DNA of 6,605 nt from Candidatus Iainarchaeum sp. (lineage in GTDB: Archaea > Iainarchaeota > Iainarchaeia > Iainarchaeales > CSSED10-239), in NCBI GenBank assembly GCA_003559395.1, contig PWLL01000017.1:1-6605 (forward strand), read 5' to 3'. The notes beneath the pieces were generated by a model. It worked only from the letters and a program-made list of their open reading frames with translations, ran no database searches and had not been told where the DNA came from. Numbering within the stretch: position 1 is the stretch's first letter; every line of letters starts with the position of its first letter. Shown one piece after another: positions 1-5,512 of this stretch. The position numbers were made by a program, and so were the translations under genes.

Positions 1-2
1 AT

Positions 3-653
3 CATCATGATGATAATCTAGAATATGATAAATATCTGGATTGGTTAAATAATGTTTGGCAAGAAGTTAATAGAGTTCTGGTCTTAGGGGGCTGATTTTG
101 TTTAAATATTGCGCCAACAGGAATAAGTGATTTTATTTCTATTCATCATGATTTTACAAATCAATTAAGAAAAATTGGATTGAAATTTAGAACTGAAATT
201 ATATGGTATAAACAAACAATGTTAAAAAGAACAGCATGGGGTAGTTGGAAAAGTCCTTCAAATCCTCATATTATCCCATCTTGGGAATATTTGTTGATTT
301 TTAGTAAAGGTAAAAAAAAATAAGACGGAAATGCTAAAGATATAGATATTACTGCAGAGGAATTTAAGGAGTATTCTGATGGTTTTTGGAAAATTTCTCC
401 AGAAGTTAAAAGAAATGGTCATCCAGCACCATTTCCACAAGAATTAATCTATCGTCTTATAAAATTTTATTCTTATAAAAACCAAACAGTCTTAGATATG
501 TTTGGTGGTACAGGCACAGTAGCTGTTGTTGCAATGAAAACTCAAAGAAAATTTATTCATATTGATATTTCTGAAGAATATAATAAAACTGCAAAAGAAA
601 GATTAAATAAAGCAATTAAAAATCCAAAACAAATTTCTATTAAGTATTTTTGA
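3..653 (+). pseudogene. DNA methyltransferase, N4-cytosine/N6-adenine (DNA methylase N-4/N-6) family. The 5' end lies outside the window and two in-frame stop codons interrupt the frame.
   Basis: Frame +3 reads HHDDNLEYDKYLDWLNNVWQEVNRVLVLGG*FCLNIAPTGISDF...EIIWYKQTMLKRTAWGSWKSPSNPHIIPSWEYLLIFSKGKKK*DGNAKDIDITAEEFKEYSDGFWKISPEVKRNGHPAPFPQELIYRLIKFYSYKNQTVLDMFGGTGTVAVVAMKTQRKFIHIDISEEYNKTAKERLNKAIKNPKQISIKYF*. HPAPFPxEL, the FxGxG AdoMet motif (LDMFGGTGT) and the following RKFIHIDIS..Y block are hallmark C-terminal motifs of this family. The catalytic (D/S)PP(Y/F) motif would lie upstream of the window. In-frame TGA is at 93-95 and TAA at 321-323; the natural stop is TGA at 651-653. No frameshift is needed anywhere. 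Confidence 0.75.
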
Positions 654-655
654 TG

Positions 656-670
656 TTTTTTTTCATTTTT
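656..670 (+). terminator. Oligo-T tracts (T8 then T5) immediately after the methyltransferase stop, a candidate archaeal intrinsic terminator
   Basis: The sequence tga-tg-TTTTTTTT-ca-TTTTT begins 3 nt after the stop. Archaeal RNA polymerase terminates at oligo-T runs. T runs are common in this AT-rich DNA, so specificity is low. Confidence 0.3.
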
Positions 671-704
671 CAAACCATCTTGTTTTTATTAGTTTTTGTT
701 ATTA

Positions 705-714
705 TTTATTTATA
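705..714 (+). promoter_or_regulatory. TATA-box-like element upstream of pyrG
   Basis: TTTATTTATA is centred about 24 nt upstream of the ATG at 734. This geometry fits an archaeal TATA box driving a leaderless or near-leaderless transcript. No Shine-Dalgarno-like purine run lies before the ATG. Confidence 0.3.
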
Positions 715-733
715 GACCTTTTTTAGTGATATT

Positions 734-2362
734 ATGATTTCTCAGAAAGAAAAACTTAAACAAATGTACAAAGAAGTAAAAGAAAAAAACATAAAATTTA
801 TAGTGATGACTGGGGGTGTTCTTTCTGGGCTTGGTAAAGGGGTTGCTCTTGCTAGTATAGGCTCTTTAATATCAAATGATCTTAAAAAAGTACCCATAAA
901 GTGTGATGGGTATCTTAATTATGATCCTGGCACTTTAAATCCTGTAGAACATGGAGAAGTCTTTGTTCTTGATGATGGTTCTGAAGTGGATATGGATTTT
1001 GGTCATTATGAGCGTTTCTTAAACATAACTTGTAATGGAAAGCAAAATCTAACTATGGGCAAGATATACAAAGACATAATAGATTTAGAAAGAGAAGGCA
1101 AGTTTCTTGGAAAAACTGTTCAGTTAATTCCTGATGTCACTAATTTTATTCAACAGTCAATTTTTTCAATTGCTCTTTCTCAAAAAGCAGATGTTGTTCT
1201 TTTAGAGATTGGAGGTACTATAGGTGATATAGAAAACGAGCTTTATTTTTTTGCAGTTAAAGAAATGGCCAGATATCTTAAGTCAAATATTTTTAATGTT
1301 CATTTAACTTATGTTCCTGAGATATTAGGTGGTGAACAAAAGACAAAACCAGCACAAACTAGTTTAGAAAAAGTATTTCATAGAGGGTTACAACCAGACG
1401 TGGTTCTTTGTAGATCTAAAAAAAGAATAGATGCTTCTTGTGAAGATAAGTTAGGTGTTTTTTCTGGTTTGTCTTCTGACAAAATCATCTCTGCAGAAGA
1501 TGTAAAAAACATATATGAAATTCCATTAAATTTTAAAAAACAAAATCTTGACGATATTGTTTGTGATAGTTTACAAGTTCCAAAAAACCAAGATTTTGAT
1601 GTGTTTAAAGAAAAGGTAGAAAAAATAACAACCAACCACAAAAACTCAAAAATAAAAACTATTGGAATTTGTGGAAAATATACAAAAATTAATGATTCTT
1701 ATGCTTCTGTTATTGAAGCCATAAACCACGCATCAACTTTTTTTGATACCAAAACAATTGTCAAATGTATAGATACAGAGAACGTAGATTCAGAAACTTT
1801 AGAACAAATAGATGGTTTCATTGTTCCTGGTGGTTTTGGAAATAGAGGTGTTGATGGAAAAATAAACATTATTAAGTACGCAAGAGAAAATAAAAAGCCT
1901 TTTTTAGGTTTATGTTATGGTTTACAGTTAGCAATTATTGAGTATGCAAAAAACGTACTTAACATAAAAGAGTGTAATTCAACAGAAATTGATTCTAAAA
2001 CTCCAAATCCTATTATTAAAATTCTACCAAACCAAGATTTAAATCTGCTTGGTGGTACTATGAGATTAGGTGCATATGAGGCTTGTTTGTTAAAAGGTTC
2101 TAAAGTTTTTTCTCTTTATAACTCTGACAAAGTCTCTGAAAGACACAGACATAGATATGAGGTAAATCCTGAATACCACAAACATTTAGAAGATGATCAC
2201 TTTGTTGTTTCTGGAAAAAGTCCTGATGGTTCTTTAGTTGAGTTTATAGAACTTAAAGATCATCCTTTTTTTGTTGCCACTCAAAGTCATCCAGAGCTTA
2301 AGTCAAGGATTGTTAATGCGCATCCTTTGTTTGTTGGTTTTTTAAAAGCAGTAAATCTTTAG
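734..2362 (+). CDS. pyrG: CTP synthase (glutamine-hydrolysing)
   Basis: 542-aa ORF. The N-terminal synthetase domain has TGGVLSGLGKG (P-loop), YLNYDPGTLNPVEHGEVFVLDDGSEVDMDFGHYERF and EIGGTIGDIE. The C-terminal class-I glutamine amidotransferase domain has the nucleophile Cys in GLCYGLQ, RHRHRYEVN and the catalytic His in QSHPE. Length and domain order are canonical. Confidence 0.97.
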   Translation: MISQKEKLKQMYKEVKEKNIKFIVMTGGVLSGLGKGVALASIGSLISNDLKKVPIKCDGYLNYDPGTLNPVEHGEVFVLDDGSEVDMDFGHYERFLNITCNGKQNLTMGKIYKDIIDLEREGKFLGKTVQLIPDVTNFIQQSIFSIALSQKADVVLLEIGGTIGDIENELYFFAVKEMARYLKSNIFNVHLTYVPEILGGEQKTKPAQTSLEKVFHRGLQPDVVLCRSKKRIDASCEDKLGVFSGLSSDKIISAEDVKNIYEIPLNFKKQNLDDIVCDSLQVPKNQDFDVFKEKVEKITTNHKNSKIKTIGICGKYTKINDSYASVIEAINHASTFFDTKTIVKCIDTENVDSETLEQIDGFIVPGGFGNRGVDGKINIIKYARENKKPFLGLCYGLQLAIIEYAKNVLNIKECNSTEIDSKTPNPIIKILPNQDLNLLGGTMRLGAYEACLLKGSKVFSLYNSDKVSERHRHRYEVNPEYHKHLEDDHFVVSGKSPDGSLVEFIELKDHPFFVATQSHPELKSRIVNAHPLFVGFLKAVNL

Positions 2363-3219
2363 TTTCTTTTAAGACTTATTTCTGTTGCGTATTTTTGTTT
2401 ACCTAAATTTTGTCCTATTTTTATTTTTTTACAGTCTTTTCTATATTTTCTTACTTTATTTTCTTTTTTTTTAATACTTTTTTTAGAAATTATTCCTGGC
2501 CCACCAACACATCCTCCATGACAGAACAAAGCGTCTACAAATTTTGTGTTTTTATTAATTTTTTTTAAAGTTTTTTCTATATTTTCTGGTCCTTGACAAC
2601 AAAGGGTTTGATTTTTAGACAATATTTCTTTTGCGTGCATTGTTTCTGCTACTGCTCCTGCTAAAGGATATATTTTTGTATAGTCGTTATAATATTTATC
2701 AAAATCAGTTGTTTGGTTTTCTTTAGTATCTAAAAGTAGTTTATTTTTTTTTGCATAGTCTATCATTTGTTTTAGTTCTTTAAAGGTTATGGCATAGTCT
2801 ATATCTTTTTTATTTTCTAGTGCTTCTATTTTTTTAGTTATACAAGGTCCAACAAAAACACAGGTGTTTTTTTCTTTAAAATGTTTTTTAATAAATCTTC
2901 CCATAACCACCATTGGTGATGCAATATTTGCAAGATATTCTTTATATTCTGGATATTTATTTTCAATAGTTTTTACTAGTGATGGACAGTTTGTACAAAT
3001 GATTGGCTTTTTTGTTTTTTTAAGTTGTTTTTTGTATTCTGTATTTATTATTTTTGCAGCGAAAGTAAGTTCTGAGACTTTTGAAAACCCAAGTTGTTTA
3101 AGGGTTTTAATTATTTTTGGATATTTAAAATCTACAACAAAGCTAGGTGCTAACAAACAAACACATCTTTTGGTTTGTAGGACTTTTAGCAAGTCAACAA
3201 GTTCTTTTGATATTTCCAT
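2359..3219 (-). CDS. [FeFe]-hydrogenase H-domain-only (Fe_hyd_lg_C-like / Nar1-like) iron-sulfur protein, ultraminimal at 286 aa
   Basis: By-eye alignment to the Clostridium CpI H-domain: LLAPSF ~ AMAPSV; TLKQLGFSKV ~ ALRQLGFDKI; PIICTNCPSLV ~ PMFTSCCPGWV (motif 1, nt 2983-2997); FVGPCITKKIEA ~ VMPCTSKKFEA (motif 2); DIDYAITFKEL ~ DIDAVITTREL; ALFCHGGCVGGPG ~ VMACHGGCVNGGGQP (motif 3, CHGGC at nt 2509-2523). The four H-cluster [4Fe-4S] Cys ligand equivalents (C78, C126, C233, C237) and the PCxxK Lys are present. There are no N-terminal ferredoxin-like domains. Confidence 0.85.
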   Translation of the reverse strand: MEISKELVDLLKVLQTKRCVCLLAPSFVVDFKYPKIIKTLKQLGFSKVSELTFAAKIINTEYKKQLKKTKKPIICTNCPSLVKTIENKYPEYKEYLANIASPMVVMGRFIKKHFKEKNTCVFVGPCITKKIEALENKKDIDYAITFKELKQMIDYAKKNKLLLDTKENQTTDFDKYYNDYTKIYPLAGAVAETMHAKEILSKNQTLCCQGPENIEKTLKKINKNTKFVDALFCHGGCVGGPGIISKKSIKKKENKVRKYRKDCKKIKIGQNLGKQKYATEISLKRN

Positions 3220-3221
3220 AT

Positions 3222-4208
3222 TTATTCTTTTTTTAAAATATATTTTTCATATTTACTGTTTTTGTTTTTTAATAAAACAATCATCGATCTTTTACAATCG
3301 TCAACAATCTCAAAGCTATCTGATTCTTTTTCAACATCTTCTGCAAATTTCAAACAGTCTTCAAAAGAAGGCATGTTTTTTTCTTCTAGATTGTTTCTAG
3401 ATGCTCCCAGATACATATATGCTTTTATTTCTATAAAATCTGCTTTTGTTTTTTCAAAAATATCTATTAGTTGTTTTTGGTTTTCTTTTTTATCGTTTAT
3501 TTCTTTTATGAGTGTGTATCTTATGACTCTTCTTGTTTTTATATCTGGCATTAAAGCAATTGTTTGGTTTAGTCTTTTCCAAGAGTCTTTTATTTTTGGT
3601 TGATTTATAAATAAGTGTTGTTTTTCGTTTGCACTTTCTATTGACAAGTAAAGTTGTGTTGGCAGGCTATTTGTTTCGTTTAGTTTTTTAAGAATTTCTG
3701 TTTCAAGTCCGTTTGTTACTAAAAAAACGGTTTTTGTTTCTGGTCGTTCTTTTATTTTTTTTATCAGTTTATCAAGATCTTTATAAAGAGTTGGTTCGCC
3801 AGATAAAGAAATGGCCACATGGCTTGGAATCAGTGCTTCTTTATATTTGTTTTCGGACACTTTTTTGTTTCCTTTAAAGCCGCTTAGCAGTTTTTTTCTA
3901 GCTTCGTAAAGTCCATCAATCATCTCATCGATATCATCTGAAAACTCACAATCTATAACATCATAAGTCATCTTTTTTGCAGGTCTCCAACAAAAAATAC
4001 AGTTTTGTTGACACCACAAGACTGTTGGGGTTATTTGTACGCATCTATGACATTCAACATTATAAAATTTTTGTTTATAACAAACTCCTTCTTCTCTAAG
4101 TGCTTTTTTATTCCACGAACAAATAGCTATTGCTGAGTGTTTTCCGTAGATCCCATATTTTTTATGTTTTAGATCTTCTATATTTTCTTTTGATATTTCT
4201 TGAACCAT
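3222..4208 (-). CDS. taw1: tRNA 4-demethylwyosine synthase (radical SAM; archaeal Taw1 / TYW1 homologue)
   Basis: 328-aa ORF. The radical-SAM CxxxCxxC lies in WCQQNCIFCWRP (nt 3990-4013). It is preceded by the Taw1-specific auxiliary-cluster cysteines in the pattern AICSW..(12)..GVCYKQKFY..ECHRCVQITP (C30, C43, C56). The SLSGEPTLY (GGEP-type) SAM motif follows. Spacing matches Methanocaldococcus Taw1 (C26/C39/C52 and C62/C66/C69) with a +4 offset. The flavodoxin domain of eukaryotic TYW1 is absent. Confidence 0.92.
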   Translation of the reverse strand: MVQEISKENIEDLKHKKYGIYGKHSAIAICSWNKKALREEGVCYKQKFYNVECHRCVQITPTVLWCQQNCIFCWRPAKKMTYDVIDCEFSDDIDEMIDGLYEARKKLLSGFKGNKKVSENKYKEALIPSHVAISLSGEPTLYKDLDKLIKKIKERPETKTVFLVTNGLETEILKKLNETNSLPTQLYLSIESANEKQHLFINQPKIKDSWKRLNQTIALMPDIKTRRVIRYTLIKEINDKKENQKQLIDIFEKTKADFIEIKAYMYLGASRNNLEEKNMPSFEDCLKFAEDVEKESDSFEIVDDCKRSMIVLLKNKNSKYEKYILKKE

Positions 4209-4230
4209 AATATATCTTTAGTCCAAACTT

Positions 4231-4239
4231 TATTTAAAA
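4231..4239 (-). promoter_or_regulatory. TATA-box-like element for taw1 (leaderless geometry)
   Basis: The minus strand reads TTTTAAATA centred 27 nt upstream of the taw1 ATG (4208), inside the 38-nt gap after the upstream gene. There is no SD-like sequence before the ATG. Confidence 0.4.
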
Positions 4240-4246
4240 GGTGTTT

Positions 4247-4867
4247 TTAACTCACATATTTTAGTATTGTTTTGTTTGTGTTGATTTTGTGTTTTAGATT
4301 GATTATGATTTTATTAAGTTGTTCTATTTTTTTTATTGCTGTTTCTTTCTTAAAGTCTTGTTTTTTCTTATTTGCATCGCCTACGTTAAAGTTTTTATAA
4401 ACAACTGAGGTTGAGACTGTTTCTCCTAGTTTTTTACGATATTCAGAGTCTATTAAAAAGGTATCTAATAAAGCTTCGTATTTTGGGTCTGTAAGTGTTT
4501 CTTCTGAAAGTCTTGCTTTTTCAACATCTTTTTTATATTCTGCGTCTGTTGCCATTCTTAGTTTATGTTTCCAATATATTTTTTTAAAGTTTTTTTTAAA
4601 AGAGTTTATTTTATAATAATTTTCTGCTGATGTTTTTTCTTTTTCCCAAAACTTGTGTTCTTTTTTTTTATCGTCTATCATTTTTTGTGTTTCTTTAATT
4701 ATTTCGTTTATGTCTTTTTTTTTAGGATAGGTTATTTTTCGATTCTCAATTCTAACAAATTTTGTTCTAAAGAATGTTTCCCAATATTTCTTTTCTTCTT
4801 TTGGTATTTTCTTATTTATTTTTTCTTCAAGTTTTGAGATGTCATTTATTGTACTTGATGTGCTCAT
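4247..4867 (-). CDS. Hypothetical protein, very basic and Lys-rich with many aromatic residues; no family recognised
   Basis: 206-aa ORF on the same strand as taw1, ending 38 nt upstream of it. The composition is coding-like (K/E/I/N-rich like its neighbours) and a C-terminal heptad-like segment (IKKIEQLNKIIINLKHKI) suggests a coiled coil. It has no Cys and no recognisable catalytic motif. A purine-rich AAGGA lies about 9 nt before the ATG. Confidence 0.65.
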   Translation of the reverse strand: MSTSSTINDISKLEEKINKKIPKEEKKYWETFFRTKFVRIENRKITYPKKKDINEIIKETQKMIDDKKKEHKFWEKEKTSAENYYKINSFKKNFKKIYWKHKLRMATDAEYKKDVEKARLSEETLTDPKYEALLDTFLIDSEYRKKLGETVSTSVVYKNFNVGDANKKKQDFKKETAIKKIEQLNKIIINLKHKINTNKTILKYVS

Positions 4868-4901
4868 ATGTTTTTCCTTCTTTTGATATTTGTCCTTTCT
4901 C

Positions 4902-4910
4902 TTATAAAAA
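4902..4910 (-). promoter_or_regulatory. TATA-box-like element for the basic hypothetical gene
   Basis: The minus strand reads TTTTTATAA with 34 nt to the ATG at 4867, implying a short leader of about 10 nt containing AAGGA. Confidence 0.25.
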
Positions 4911-4939
4911 GATGTAGGTTTGTTTTTAAATATGTTTTT

Positions 4940-4977
4940 ATATGCTTTTTGTTACATAAATATATATGTAAGCATAT
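4940..4977. repeat. Imperfect inverted repeat in the divergent promoter region
   Basis: ATATGC(4940-4945)-tttttg-TTACATA(4952-4958)-aatata-TATGTAA(4965-4971)-GCATAT(4972-4977). Thirteen bases pair per arm, with a 6-nt bulge in the left arm. It is AT-rich, so chance occurrence is not negligible. Confidence 0.3.
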
Positions 4978-4990
4978 TAAAACATATGTT

Positions 4991-5011
4991 ATTTATAAAT
5001 TAAGGATGTGA
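4991..5011 (+). promoter_or_regulatory. Candidate nac expression signals: a TATA-like ATTTATAAAT and an SD-like GGATGTGA
   Basis: ATTTATAAAT (4991-5000) is centred about 23 nt before the ATG at 5019. GGATGTGA (5004-5011) lies 7 nt before the ATG and differs by one base from the GGAGGTGA anti-16S consensus. The two signals imply mutually exclusive models (leaderless versus SD-led from a more upstream TATA such as TAAATATATAT at about 4957-4967). Confidence 0.3.
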
Positions 5012-5018
5012 TTATTTT

Positions 5019-5357
5019 ATGTTTCCAAATATGGGTGGAATTGACCCTAGAAAAATAGATTCTATGATGAAAAAAATGGGTATTCAAAATAAAGAGCTTA
5101 ATGCAAAAAAAGTTGTTATTGAGACTGATACTGAGACAATTGTTATCAATAACCCAACAGTGACTGAAATAACTATGCAAGGTCAAAAAACTTTCCAGGT
5201 TGTTGGAGAGGTTTGTTCTGAAGAGCAAGGTCTTTCTGATGAAGATATAACTATGGTTGCTGAAACTGCAAGCGTTTCAAAAGAAAAAGCAAAGGAAGTT
5301 TTAGAAAAGAATGATGGCGATCTTGCTAAGACTATAGATGTTCTTAAGAAAGAATAA
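5019..5357 (+). CDS. nac: Nascent polypeptide-associated complex protein (archaeal NAC alpha homologue; NAC domain plus C-terminal UBA domain)
   Basis: 112-aa ORF. The N-terminus MFPNMGGIDPRKIDSMMKKMGI matches the conserved archaeal NAC N-terminus (MxPGGMNPxxMxxMMxQMGI). The NAC beta-barrel region is KKVVIETDTETIVINNPTVTEITMQGQKTFQVVGE. The C-terminal UBA-like helices are ITMVAETASVSKEKAKEVLEKNDGDLAKTIDVL. The size is typical of archaeal NAC. Confidence 0.93.
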   Translation: MFPNMGGIDPRKIDSMMKKMGIQNKELNAKKVVIETDTETIVINNPTVTEITMQGQKTFQVVGEVCSEEQGLSDEDITMVAETASVSKEKAKEVLEKNDGDLAKTIDVLKKE

Positions 5358-5363
5358 TTTTTT
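5358..5363 (+). terminator. T6 tract directly after the nac stop codon, a candidate archaeal terminator
   Basis: taa-TTTTTT immediately follows the stop codon. The signal is weak in this composition. Confidence 0.3.
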
Positions 5364-5512
5364 AAAAAGAAAAAGTAATTATAAGTGTATCCTAGAAAAG
5401 AAATAAATTACTAAAAAAGCAAAGAACCGAGATTCAAAACTTTTCAGAGATCAATTTCTTCATCTAGAATACATTAATATTAGATACCAAAAAGTTTATA
5501 TTTTTATCATTT

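Noticed and set aside
93-323. Alternative genetic code, selenocysteine or programmed frameshifting as explanations for the methyltransferase stops
   Set aside because: Two different stop codons (TGA and TAA) are involved. TAA terminates five other genes in the window, and the methyltransferase itself ends in TGA. All other long ORFs are intact under the standard code. No GC-rich SECIS-like hairpin is visible. Because the frames before and after each stop are identical, slippage on the G5 or A9 runs would break the frame rather than rescue it.
258-440. 60-aa minus-strand ORF from the track
   Set aside because: It lies entirely antisense to the conserved core of the methyltransferase reading frame. 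It has a W/F/I-rich nonsense-like composition and no expression signals, so it is a shadow ORF.
1378-1641. 87-aa minus-strand ORF inside pyrG
   Set aside because: It is antisense to a confidently identified, motif-rich CDS. It has no recognisable motifs and is a typical shadow ORF.
2864-3603. Two plus-strand ORFs (2864-3400, 178 aa; 3262-3603, 113 aa)
   Set aside because: They are antisense to the hydrogenase-like gene and taw1. Their Phe/Ser/Leu/Ile-rich low-complexity sequences arise from reading Lys/Glu/Asn-rich codons backwards. The minus-strand genes carry strong family motifs.
4655-4837. 60-aa plus-strand ORF (FFFF-rich)
   Set aside because: It is antisense to the Lys-rich ORF. Its poly-Phe composition mirrors AAA/AAG codons, so it is not credible as a protein.
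4989-5228. 79-aa minus-strand ORF overlapping nac
   Set aside because: It is antisense to the clearly recognisable NAC CDS and runs into the nac promoter. It has no motifs.
5358-5512. 155-nt convergent spacer between nac and the acidic gene, checked for a tRNA, C/D-box sRNA, small ORF or hairpin terminator
   Set aside because: There is no GC-rich island or cloverleaf potential. The minus strand has only a degenerate C-box-like AGAUGAAG followed 10 nt later by CUGA, with no second box pair or terminal stem. The longest ATG ORF is 9 codons. The only repeats are short (GAGATT/GAGATC, CTAGAA twice). This is not enough to call a feature.
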